A DNA stretch of 48,045 nucleotides from an uncultured Clostridia bacterium (GCA_944393275.1 CALXZQ010000001.1:1-48045), one strand, 5' to 3'. Shown: positions 18,901 through 26,915, counted from the stretch's first letter. Numbers and translations: made by a program. The notes: a model not told the origin generated them from the letters alone.

Positions 18901-20275
18901 ATTTGGAAAAGGAACCACATTTAAGGCAGGAACTGTAGGAACAGTAGCAGATAAGACAGCATTTGGATATGTAAAAAAATATTATGAAGAAAGACAAATT
19001 CCTATAAATACGGCAGAAGTTTTAAGACTAGCAGAGGGATGTACAGGTATAAAGAGAACCACAGGACAGCATCCAGGTGGAATCATAGTTGTACCAAAAG
19101 GAAGAGAAATATATGAATTTACACCTGTCCAACATCCAGCAGATGACCCAAATTCAGATATTATAACTACCCATTTTGATTATCACTCAATAGACCAAAA
19201 CTTGTTAAAATTAGATATACTAGGACACGATGATCCTACAATGATAAGAATGCTATATGATCTAACAGGAATAGATCCAACAAAAGTACCATTAGATGAT
19301 AAAGAAACTATGTCAATATTTAGTTCAACTGAAGTTCTAGGGGTAACACCAGAACAAATACATTCACAAGTAGGAAGTTATGGTATACCAGAATTTGGTA
19401 CAAAATTCGTAAGAGAAATGTTAGTAGATACTAGACCAACAACATTTGAAGAATTACTTAGAATATCAGGATTATCACACGGTACAGATGTATGGCTTGG
19501 AAATGCAAAATCACTTATAGATTCTGGAACGATAACATTACAGGATGCAATTTGTACAAGAGATGATATAATGTTGTATCTAATAAAAAAAGGAGTACCT
19601 GCAAAACCAGCATTTAAAATAATGGAATGTGTACGTAAAGGAAAGGCAACAAAAGATCCTGAGAAATGGAAAGAATATGAAGCACTCATGAAAGAACATA
19701 ATGTACCAGATTGGTATATAAAATCTTGTGAAAAAATAAAATATATGTTTCCTAAAGCACATGCAGCAGCATATGTTACAAATGCATTTAGAATTGCTTG
19801 GTTTAAAGTGCATAAGCCAGAGGCATATTATACAGCATATTTTACAATAAGAGCAGATGAGTTCGATAGTGAAATAATGTGCCATGGAAAAGAAAGGGTT
19901 AAAAATAAGATGAAAGAAATAGAATTGCAAGGAAACGCGGCAACAGCTAAAGATAAAAATATGTATGCAATTCTTGAGTTAGTTCTAGAAATGTATGAAA
20001 GAGGAATAAATTTCTTACCAATAGATATATATAAATCACATGCAACAAAATTTGTTATTGAAGAAGAAGGTATAAGACCACCGCTAAATAGTTTACCAGG
20101 ACTTGGAACAATTGCTGCATTAGGTATTGATGAAGCAAAAAAAGATGGGAAATTTATGTCCATAGATGATATGAAAATTAGGTCAAAAATAGGAAAATCA
20201 GTAATAGAGCTATTAACTAATGCAGGTTGTTTAAAAGGAATGACGCAAAGCAATCAAATGAGTTTATTTGTATAG
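15950..20275 (+). CDS. polC: DNA polymerase III PolC-type
   Basis: 1441 aa with PHP HMHTQMS, exonuclease DLETTG...HNADFD, and PDIDLNF. TTG start lies 9 nt after AGGAG. Confidence 0.97.
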   Translation: METSESIRNIFKDYKDNNSILDATIKQINLYKKGNKLVLEINSNLFIHLNDILAFEKYLKSRFNIETVDIKISYAETLKKPNIEEEWEELKKFISMKYPLVEIILKNSKIELNENTLIITLQTKGIDFIKARKLDKILENLINDTYGEKYKVKFVENISKELLDTLESKSLETQKKIIEKVQKRIGEQGGKNEIQPEHQLVPEEKTELKEKSPVILGRGTNIKEQKVDIRDLSVDSGRVLLDGEILSMESKETKSGKVLISFNLYDKTSTITCKAFTVPEKAKEVLGRLKDAKGVKLVGNAQFDTYTKELGVLANTIIETQGIKKEIRQDLASEKRVELHMHTQMSQMDGISSAKDLIKRAMKWGMKSIAITDHGVVQAFPEAHKLLGVDNPDMKVIYGVEAYLVPDNVDVVSFSKNQNLDTTYCVLDLETTGTSFRTEKITEVGIMKVKNGEVIDEFSCFVNPEKPIPPKVVEITQITDDMVKDADTIEKVFPRILEFIGDSVLVAHNADFDIGFLKYNAGQLGYRLENTYIDTLRLAKDLFPEYKKYKLGIIAENLGIKVDVAHRALDDVDTTVKVFNIMLNMLKERNVKTLDDISKKISGEADYRKLPSYHAIILAQNYVGLRNLYKLISISHLNYFYKKPRILKSIYKKYSEGLILGSACEQGELYRAIVAGKTDEEVEEIAKDYDYLEIQPLGNNMFMVRDGTVQDVEELKNINRKIVALGEKLDKLVVATCDVHFLDPQDEIYRRILMAGQGYDDADEQAPLYLRTTEEMLEEFSYLGEEKAYEVVVTNTNKVSDMCEQISPISPEKCPPHIPGCEETIKTIAYNKAHELYGENLPEIVEKRLEKELNSIIKNGFSVMYIIAQKLVWKSNEDGYIVGSRGSVGSSFVANMTGITEVNSLPPHYRCPKCKYSDFTDYGFKNGFDLPDKKCPNCGENLAKDGMDIPFETFLGFDGDKEPDIDLNFSGEYQAKAHKYTEVIFGKGTTFKAGTVGTVADKTAFGYVKKYYEERQIPINTAEVLRLAEGCTGIKRTTGQHPGGIIVVPKGREIYEFTPVQHPADDPNSDIITTHFDYHSIDQNLLKLDILGHDDPTMIRMLYDLTGIDPTKVPLDDKETMSIFSSTEVLGVTPEQIHSQVGSYGIPEFGTKFVREMLVDTRPTTFEELLRISGLSHGTDVWLGNAKSLIDSGTITLQDAICTRDDIMLYLIKKGVPAKPAFKIMECVRKGKATKDPEKWKEYEALMKEHNVPDWYIKSCEKIKYMFPKAHAAAYVTNAFRIAWFKVHKPEAYYTAYFTIRADEFDSEIMCHGKERVKNKMKEIELQGNAATAKDKNMYAILELVLEMYERGINFLPIDIYKSHATKFVIEEEGIRPPLNSLPGLGTIAALGIDEAKKDGKFMSIDDMKIRSKIGKSVIELLTNAGCLKGMTQSNQMSLFV

Positions 20276-20290
20276 GAAGAAGGAAATATA

Positions 20291-20596
20291 ATGATAGATT
20301 ATAATGGACTTTTACAAGAAATATTTACATTTAAAAATATAGCGATATATTTATTAATAATTAATATAATGGCATTTTTAGGCATGTGGTGGGATAAAAG
20401 AAGTGCTAAAAAAGGCGATTGGAGAATTAGTGAGAAAGGACTATTTACTGTAGTATTGTTAGGTGGAGGAATAGGTGGAATACTTGGAATGTACATATTT
20501 AGACATAAGACAAAAAAACCAATATTCTATATAGGTTTTCCAACTATACTAATTGCTGAAATAGTACTAGCAATTTATCTAATAATAAAATATTAA
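20291..20596 (+). CDS. DUF1294 family membrane protein
   Basis: 101 aa with WWDKRSAKKGDWRISEKGLF...GGGIGG...FRHKTKK, typical of DUF1294. Confidence 0.8.
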   Translation: MIDYNGLLQEIFTFKNIAIYLLIINIMAFLGMWWDKRSAKKGDWRISEKGLFTVVLLGGGIGGILGMYIFRHKTKKPIFYIGFPTILIAEIVLAIYLIIKY

Positions 20597-20604
20597 AATT
20601 TTTT

Positions 20605-20633
20605 AGGAATTATAGAAATATAATTCCTTTTTT
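20605..20633 (+). terminator. rho-independent terminator after polC-DUF1294
   Basis: AGGAATTATA-GAAA-TATAATTCCT followed by TTTTTT. Confidence 0.85.
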
Positions 20634-20706
20634 GAAAAAATAAAGGTACACATAAAAAGTGAAAATAAAAACAACGGAACATAATATTAAATTGATAAAA
20701 ATACAA

Positions 20707-20773
20707 TGTGAATAACTAAAAAAATAGAACCTAAGTGACACAGTTATTCACAACGTTATCCACATTATCCACA
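20707..20773. promoter_or_regulatory. cluster of four DnaA boxes
   Basis: TGTGAATAA (20707-20715, reverse orientation), TTATTCACA (20744-20752), and two abutting perfect consensus boxes TTATCCACA (20756-20764 and 20765-20773). Confidence 0.65.
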
Positions 20774-21016
20774 AATAACAAATATTACAAAATGTAAACC
20801 TAAATATTACAAAACAGGTAACATAAAATGAAAGACTGTAATTTTTATGACATAAAAGAAGAGAATTATTACAAAAAAATAAAAATAATAGACATATTTA
20901 AGAAAAAATGTAAAAAAACGTAAAAGTATATTGTAATATTATTGTAAATAAAAATATTGAATTTAATAAATTATATTGATAAAATGTAAAAAATATTTGA
21001 AAGGGGATAACTATAT

Positions 21017-21685
21017 ATGGAAACAAGAATTGAGGGAGATTTATTACCAGTAGTAACTTGCAAACTAGCAAAAGGAGAATCTGTCATAACTGAAAATGGC
21101 GGAATGAGTTGGATGGATGACGGAATAGAGATGAAAACAACAACAAATGGTGGTGTAATGAAAGGACTTGGAAAAATGCTTTCAGGAGAATCACTATTTA
21201 TGAATATATATACTGCAGAAAAAGAAGGGGCTGAAATAGCTTTTGCATCTAGCTTCCCAGGCCAAATATTAGAATTTAATTTAAATAATGAAACAATTAT
21301 TGCGCAAAAAAGAGCATTTCTTTGTTCAGAATCAACAGTAGATTTAGCAATACATTTTAGAAAAAAACTAGGAGCAGGCTTCTTCGCGGGAGAAGGATTT
21401 ATAATGCAAAAATTATCTGGAACTGGAAAAGTATTTTTAGAAGTAGATGGAGCAGTTATAAAAAAAGAATTAAAAGAGGGGGAAAAACTAAAAATAGATA
21501 ATGGACACGTAGTAGCTATGACTGAATATGTAAAATTAGATATAGAAACTGTAAAGGGGATGAAAAATATTGTATTTGGAGGAGAAGGATTATTTGTAAC
21601 AACTGTCACAGGGCCTGGTACCGTATGGCTACAAAGTATGCCAATTGCCAAGTTGTCAAGCCTTTTATATGTAGGAACAAAATAA
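21017..21685 (+). CDS. AIM24/TIGR00266 (DUF124) family protein
   Basis: 222 aa. The pattern GESVITENGGMSWMD...GESLFMNIYT...GEGFIMQKLSG.G.VFLE is typical of the family. Confidence 0.85.
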   Translation: METRIEGDLLPVVTCKLAKGESVITENGGMSWMDDGIEMKTTTNGGVMKGLGKMLSGESLFMNIYTAEKEGAEIAFASSFPGQILEFNLNNETIIAQKRAFLCSESTVDLAIHFRKKLGAGFFAGEGFIMQKLSGTGKVFLEVDGAVIKKELKEGEKLKIDNGHVVAMTEYVKLDIETVKGMKNIVFGGEGLFVTTVTGPGTVWLQSMPIAKLSSLLYVGTK

Positions 21686-21698
21686 AAAATAAAATATA

Positions 21699-21727
21699 TT
21701 GATTTTTTAAAATTTAAATGATAAAAT
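21699..21727 (+). promoter_or_regulatory. sigma-A promoter of the T-box leader
   Basis: TTGATT, 17-nt spacer, TAAAAT, preceded by TGa (extended -10). Confidence 0.5.
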
Positions 21728-21743
21728 GTTTAAAATTAAATAA

Positions 21744-21937
21744 TGCGATGAAAAAGAAAAAGTATATTTTAAGTTTATCAAAGAGAGTTAAATAATAGGT
21801 GAAATTTTAACATAAACTATATATGGGGAGCTTTGGAGCATAGTAAATAAAGAGGATATTAAAAAATATCAAATAGGGTGGAACCGCGGAATAAACTTTC
21901 GTCCCTAGCAAAACTGCTAGTGATGAAAGTTTTTTTG
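21744..21937 (+). promoter_or_regulatory. T-box leader, glycine-specific
   Basis: GCGATGA K-turn motif, AGTA, AGAGAG, GGTGAAA distal loop, and a specifier region GGGGA (21825-21829; any reading is a GGN Gly codon). T-box sequence AATAGGGTGGAACCGCG (21872-21888). Terminator ACTTTCGTCCCTAG...CTAGTGATGAAAGT plus a T7 run. Confidence 0.9.
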
Positions 21938-21990
21938 ATTTATTTTATCACAATAGCAGATTGAAAATAAATTAAGAAGGGGGAAAAGAA

Positions 21991-22551
21991 ATGTATAAGA
22001 CGTATAATAAGCTAGAAAGTTCAAAATTGATAGACAAATTGAAACTAAATGTATTACCACAAAAAATGTTTAAAGTAGAAACAAATCCAGATATAGAAAG
22101 CTTCTTAGCAGAGCATCCAGCACAATTTTATTCAATAAGAGATAATGTTAAATCAAATAATGCAAATAGAACGCATAGAGCTTCAAAAGAAGAAATATTA
22201 AACATATATAAAAAGTTTGATACATGTACAGTAGGGGTTAGTCAATATAACTATATTGAAAATCAAATTTTAACAGGTAATATTCTAGTAGATGCAAAAG
22301 GAAATGTAACAATTGAAGGAACTGATGAAAAATGTGATTCTGCAAGAGAAGCTGTAAATAATGCTAAATATCGTATTAATACTGATATTTTTGATAAGAA
22401 ATTAAAATATATTCATCGGTGCATATGAAATTATAGATTATGTATTAGAACATAATCTGCAAGATGTTATTGTAGAATTTTCTGTATTTGATAAAAATAT
22501 AGGGATAAATAATGAAAAAGTATTAATTTGGGAATTAAGAACAAATTATTA
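21991..22551 (+). pseudogene. uncharacterised protein gene with a broken reading frame (145-aa ORF continuing in the +1 frame)
   Basis: RBS AAGGGGGAA. The ORF 21991-22428 stops, but the +1 frame is open from 22406 to 22551 (...GAYEIIDYVLEHNLQDVIVEFSVFDKNIGINNEKVLIWELRTNY). Joined length is about 186 aa. Confidence 0.5.
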
Positions 22552-22578
22552 AAATTTAAATTATAGGAGGAATATATT

Positions 22579-23961
22579 ATGTTAGATTCAATGGAGAAAA
22601 TGGTAGCTTTATGTAAAAACAGAGGATATATATATCCAGGTTCAGAAATATATGGAGGGTTAGCAAATACTTGGGATTATGGACCATTAGGAGTAGAGTA
22701 TAAAAATAATATTAAAAAAGCTTGGATGAAAAAATTTGTACAAGAAAGTAAATATAATGTTGGTTTAGATGCAGCTATATTAATGAATCCACAAACTTGG
22801 GTTGCATCTGGACATGTTGGAGGATTTTCAGACCCACTAATAGATTGTAAGGAATGTAAGACTAGACATAGAGCCGATAAATTAATAGAGGAATGGATGC
22901 ATGAACATAATTGTGAAGAAATAGTTGATGGATGGTCAGATGAAAAAATGATTAAATACATGGATGATCATAATATAGTTTGTCCGAACTGTGGAAAACA
23001 CAATTTTACAGGAATTAGAAAATTTAATCTAATGTTTAAAACTTACCAAGGAGTGACTGAAGATGCAAAATCAGAAATATATCTAAGACCAGAGACTGCT
23101 CAAGGTATATTTGTTAATTTTAAAAATGTATTAAGAACAACAAGAAGAAAGTTACCAATGGGGATAGCCCAAATTGGAAAATCATTTAGAAATGAAATAA
23201 CACCAGGAAACTTTACATTTAGAACAAGAGAATTTGAACAAATGGAATTAGAATTTTTCTGCAAACCAGGAACAGATTTAGAATGGCATAAATATTGGAA
23301 AGATTTCTGCAAAAACTGGCTATTAAGCTTAGGTATGAATGAAGAAAATATAAGATTAAGGGATCATTCTCCTGAAGAATTATCTCATTATAGTAATGCA
23401 ACAACAGACATAGAATTCTTATTCCCATTTGGATGGGGAGAATTATGGGGAATTGCAGATAGAACAGATTTTGATTTAAGAAGTCATATGGAATGTTCAA
23501 AACAAGATATGACATATTTAGATCCAGAGACGAATGAAAGATATTTACCATATTGTATAGAACCATCATTAGGAGCAGATAGAGTTGCACTAGCATTCTT
23601 ATGTAATAGCTATGAAGAACAACAACTAGATGATGGAGATAGTAGAGTTGTATTACATCTACACCCAGCATTAGCACCATATAAAGTAGCAGTACTTCCA
23701 TTATCTAAGAAATTAAGCGAAAAGGCAGAAGAAGTCTATACAAAATTATCTAAAAAGTTTATGTGTGATTATGATGAAACAGGAAGTATAGGAAAACGTT
23801 ACAGAAGAGAAGATGAAATAGGAACACCTTACTGTGTTACAATAGATTTTGATACACTAGAGGACAATTCAGTAACAATAAGAGATAGAGATACAATGAA
23901 ACAAGTTAGAGTAAATATAGATGAATTAGAAAACTGGATAATTGAAAAAATAGAATTTTAA
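22579..23961 (+). CDS. glyQS: glycine--tRNA ligase (homodimeric type)
   Basis: 460 aa with [24 protein letters not shown] and class II motifs. RBS AGGAGG. Confidence 0.97.
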   Translation: MLDSMEKMVALCKNRGYIYPGSEIYGGLANTWDYGPLGVEYKNNIKKAWMKKFVQESKYNVGLDAAILMNPQTWVASGHVGGFSDPLIDCKECKTRHRADKLIEEWMHEHNCEEIVDGWSDEKMIKYMDDHNIVCPNCGKHNFTGIRKFNLMFKTYQGVTEDAKSEIYLRPETAQGIFVNFKNVLRTTRRKLPMGIAQIGKSFRNEITPGNFTFRTREFEQMELEFFCKPGTDLEWHKYWKDFCKNWLLSLGMNEENIRLRDHSPEELSHYSNATTDIEFLFPFGWGELWGIADRTDFDLRSHMECSKQDMTYLDPETNERYLPYCIEPSLGADRVALAFLCNSYEEQQLDDGDSRVVLHLHPALAPYKVAVLPLSKKLSEKAEEVYTKLSKKFMCDYDETGSIGKRYRREDEIGTPYCVTIDFDTLEDNSVTIRDRDTMKQVRVNIDELENWIIEKIEF

Positions 23962-23969
23962 ATAAAAGT

Positions 23970-23998
23970 ACCCGAATAATTAAAAAGTTATTCGGGTC
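23970..23998 (+). terminator. hairpin after glyQS
   Basis: ACCCGAATAA / TTATTCGGGT 10-bp stem. The T-run is weak. Confidence 0.5.
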
Positions 23999-24010
23999 TT
24001 ATAATAAACA

Positions 24011-24039
24011 TTGAATAGTTTTATATTTAATGTTATAAT
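24011..24039 (+). promoter_or_regulatory. sigma-A promoter for tRNA-Gly
   Basis: TTGAAT, 17-nt spacer, TATAAT with TGt extended -10. It sits 14 nt upstream of the tRNA 5' end. Confidence 0.6.
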
Positions 24040-24053
24040 ATTAAAGTATACTT

Positions 24054-24128
<75 letters not shown>

Positions 24129-24187
24129 TTGAAAACAACTTACGAACTATAAGGTTTGTAGATTGGTTTTTTATATATAAACTAAAA

Positions 24188-24219
24188 ATGTTCTCTTTCT
24201 AGGAAGGAGGACATTTTTT
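24188..24219 (+). terminator. conserved hairpin plus T-run (copy of 126-157)
   Basis: ATGTTCTCTTTC-TAG-GAAGGAGGACAT followed by TTTTT. The C-to-T difference from copy 1 keeps pairing as G-U. Confidence 0.6.
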
Positions 24220-24320
24220 ATGCTTGAATTTAAAACTATTCAGATTTTAAAGCCAAATAATGAATAATTATTAAAGAATAATATTATTGTAATTTTCCTC
24301 AGTCCTTTTTATTTTGAACA

Positions 24321-24349
24321 TAAAAAAGAGCCTATCATTTCTGATAGGA
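24321..24349 (-). terminator. terminator of the DUF3781-DUF3267 operon
   Basis: CCTATCA-TTTC-TGATAGG with a T-run on the minus strand. Confidence 0.6.
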
Positions 24350-24381
24350 CTAGAATTATCTGCTCAATGAATTGTAATTTG

Positions 24382-24981
24382 TTATTCAAAATAATATGTT
24401 TCATTTTTGTTATTTTGAATTGTAGCATTCTTTGGTACTACTTTTAAAATATTAAATATATTGTAAATATCGGGATAAATACTTACCATTCCCATTATTG
24501 ACATACCAAACATTAATCCATTTAATTCTTTTAAATTATTACTACTAAAACAAAATATAATTAATGGAATAATACCTAAAATTATAGGTAATATACTTAA
24601 AAATATGAAACGATTTCTTTTTACTGGACTTGAAGATAAAGCAACTGCCGTTAAATATTTAGGTATTATCCCTATATAGACTGTCGCATTTTTTGGAAAA
24701 GCAATAGCATGCAATAACTCGTGAACAATTATTAGTAAAACACCTATAATAATTCCTATAAATAAAAAGGTTATACTAATTACTTTCTCGTTTGCTATAA
24801 ATGTTTTTAAAAGCATACATATAAAGCATATAATAATAGATGGTATTATATATGGTAATGCTTTTATTTGTATTTTCTTCATATCTTCTTCACTATCTAG
24901 CCTTTTAGCATTTTTAGGTATATCAGCAGTAGGAAAGTCATTTTCACTTTTTATTATACCTTTCCATATTATTCTTGCCAT
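24382..24981 (-). CDS. DUF3267-like putative membrane zinc metalloprotease
   Basis: Polytopic membrane protein with HELLH. The ATG at 24981 has GGAG 8 nt upstream, whereas the track start at 24999 lacks an RBS. Confidence 0.7.
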   Translation of the reverse strand: MARIIWKGIIKSENDFPTADIPKNAKRLDSEEDMKKIQIKALPYIIPSIIICFICMLLKTFIANEKVISITFLFIGIIIGVLLIIVHELLHAIAFPKNATVYIGIIPKYLTAVALSSSPVKRNRFIFLSILPIILGIIPLIIFCFSSNNLKELNGLMFGMSIMGMVSIYPDIYNIFNILKVVPKNATIQNNKNETYYFE

Positions 24982-25030
24982 TTTTTCAACTCCAATCATT
25001 TCGATAACTTATTATAAATATAGTAAATCA

Positions 25031-25291
25031 CTAAACTATAATTTGAGGAATAGTATGTGCTGTTATAATTGTGTAACTATATGAGTTAATAGTTATTTTT
25101 ATCTTATCAATTTCACAATACCAATTCTTTCCTTGTTTATAAATATTACAGTCTTTATCTAATATTTTATTTTTACAGTATTCAACTACATCATCCGTAT
25201 CTAATTTAAGGTTTTTCCTAATTCTATCAATACCCATTTTGGTAGTATGAACTTTATCTATATTATTAAGTAATATTTGTTTATCTTCCAT
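25031..25291 (-). CDS. DUF3781 domain-containing protein
   Basis: 86 aa. HTTKMGIDRIRKNL...GKNWYC...ITINSYSYTIITAH matches the DUF3781 pattern from memory. Confidence 0.75.
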   Translation of the reverse strand: MEDKQILLNNIDKVHTTKMGIDRIRKNLKLDTDDVVEYCKNKILDKDCNIYKQGKNWYCEIDKIKITINSYSYTIITAHTIPQIIV

Positions 25292-25447
25292 AAATATCTC
25301 CTCTACAAATTACTATTTAACGATTTGTTTGTTGTGCTAATTATATCATTAAAACAGAAAATAATCTATACTATTGGAGAATATTGAAATTATAATATTG
25401 AAAGTATATTAATTTTAATATATAATATTTACAGAAAGAGAACGAAA

Positions 25448-25517
25448 GAGTTCGTAACTTGTATCTTATTCGCTCCACTTGAAAATAACTCACAGACTAT
25501 AAAAAAGTTCGTAGTTT
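25448..25517 (+). repeat. degenerate copy of the tRNA-Gly 3' end plus terminator region (att-like scar)
   Basis: GAGTTCG...CGCTCCACTTGAAAATAACTCACAGACTATAA aligns with 24102-24160 (GAGTTCG...CGCTCCATTTGAAAACAACTTACGAACTATAA). Confidence 0.7.
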
Positions 25518-25620
25518 AATGTACTGTAAATCTTTATGGGATATGTTAAATGGATAGAATGGATACATTTAAAATAGAATAATTAATATTGTATTTACAA
25601 TAGAGGAGTGTTGATAATAA

Positions 25621-25893
25621 GTGAGTAGTGATATGGAGCAATTCATAAATTTAATATTAATGACAGAGTATATGAATAATCTTTTATTAGGGGGAAAAAA
25701 TAAATTAAGAGAGAATAAAGACATAATAATTGCGCTTGAAGACTGGAGCAAATATAAAGATGTACAGGAACTAATAAATCTAAATAATAAACATATAAAT
25801 AATGCGATAAGAGAAGTACTATCAAATGAAAAATTTGTAAAAGAAATTAAAGAAAATACAAACATAGATATAGATAAAATTAATTTAAATTAG
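25621..25893 (+). CDS. hypothetical protein
   Basis: 90-aa ORF with an ambiguous start (GTG 25621 or ATG 25633). A weak hairpin plus T-run follows at about 25921-25947. No family recognised. Confidence 0.35.
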   Translation: MSSDMEQFINLILMTEYMNNLLLGGKNKLRENKDIIIALEDWSKYKDVQELINLNNKHINNAIREVLSNEKFVKEIKENTNIDIDKINLN

Positions 25894-26141
25894 TGGTTTG
25901 AATTTTATTATTGATGAATCAAGGACTAGAAATAGTTCTTTTTTTATTATGTGTGCTTATTAAACGTCACATAGTAAAACTACGTGCTATGCATACAAGG
26001 ATGAAAAGCAGTTTGATAATGTTTGAAGAGATTGTAAATAAAAATATAATTTGATAATAGAAATTTTGTGGTTCAAAGACATTACGTTAGCTCAGTAGAC
26101 TTAAATAAAACAAAAAGCCTATACTTTAGGAGAGTGATTAT

Positions 26142-26774
26142 GTGAAAGAATCTTATATAAAATGTTTGAAAAAATTGGGAGAATTTAGTTAAATACAGAA
26201 AATAATATAAAAAGATGAAAACTATATTTTATATGGATTAAAGATAAAACAGAAAAAATAAAAAACGAAAAAGATAATAATTATATTTATAAAAATAACT
26301 ATACTTTTAAAAAGAGTAATTATATATTTAATAATACAAATATTTCTAAAGAAGATATAATGTTATTAACAAAAAAAGTATTATTAAAAAGAGAAATGTT
26401 ATATGGATAGATTTTGATTTTAATATAGGTAATGAATTTGGAGAAATGAATCCAGCTATTATACTAGAAAATTTTGATAATGAATTATTTGTTTTGCCAA
26501 TATCATCTAAAAAGCCTAAAAAATATAAAGAACTAGAAGATTATTACAATAAAAAAACACTTGAAGAATATGAAAAGAAGAAGGAACAAATTATAGAAAT
26601 CGTACAAATAGATAATATATAGAGAGATTTAAAGATATGATTAGATGGGCTAATATTACAAGAATGAAAAAAGTTAGTATATTAAGATTGAATTTTAATG
26701 GTACTATTGATAAGGTTGATGGAAAATATTTGAGCATGATAAACGAAAAAATAAGGAGAGAATTTTTTGAATAG
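26142..26774 (+). pseudogene. PemK/MazF-like toxin gene remnant with several frameshifts and in-frame stops
   Basis: Manual translation gives fragments WIDFDFNIGNEFGEMNPAIILENFDNELFVLPISSKKP (from 26404) and MIRWANITRMKKVSILRLNFNGTIDKVDGKYLSMINEKIRREFFE (ends 26774) in different frames. The pattern resembles MazF/PemK. Confidence 0.5.
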
Positions 26775-26778
26775 AAAA

Positions 26779-26915
26779 TTGACTTATCGCATAAAATAAT
26801 ATAGTATCATAGTATTATAAAGCAATCGATAAAGATTGCTGTGGGAGGAACGAAAGTTACAGTAAAATTGCTATGGGAGGTAACTAATTAGAAATAATTA
26901 GTTGCCAATTTTTTT
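26779..26915 (+). ncRNA. candidate orphan leader or small RNA (promoter, twin GGGAGG repeats, terminator)
   Basis: TTGACT, 17-nt spacer, TAGTAT. Hairpin AGCAATC/GATTGCT. Direct repeats ATTGCTGTGGGAGG (26835-26848) and ATTGCTATGGGAGG (26867-26880). Terminator GGTAACTAATTA-GAAA-TAATTAGTTGCC plus a T-run. No ORF follows. Confidence 0.3.

Noticed and set aside
20828-20923. A 31-aa Cys-containing ORF (MKDCNFYDIKEENYYKKIKIIDIFKKKCKKT) in the DnaA-box intergenic region.
   Set aside because: It has no convincing RBS and a lysine-rich composition expected by chance in A-rich DNA.
20597-21016. The DnaA boxes plus a very AT-rich stretch could be a replication origin.
   Set aside because: No dnaA, dnaN or rpmH context is present. 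There are only four boxes in one tight cluster, and I could not define a clear DUE or a second box cluster. A non-origin DnaA-box cluster is the more conservative reading.
24203-24265. A 15-aa ORF (MLEFKTIQILKPNNE) with a perfect AGGAGG 8 nt upstream, downstream of tRNA-Gly copy 2.
   Set aside because: The SD is the 3' arm of the conserved terminator-like hairpin. The paralogous copy at 141-215 has no ATG, so the peptide is not conserved.
26835-26880. The twin 14-nt repeats could be a type III toxin-antitoxin RNA antitoxin array.
   Set aside because: There are only two copies, with a 32-nt period, and no toxin ORF downstream of the terminator. The idea is kept only as an orphan leader or sRNA candidate.
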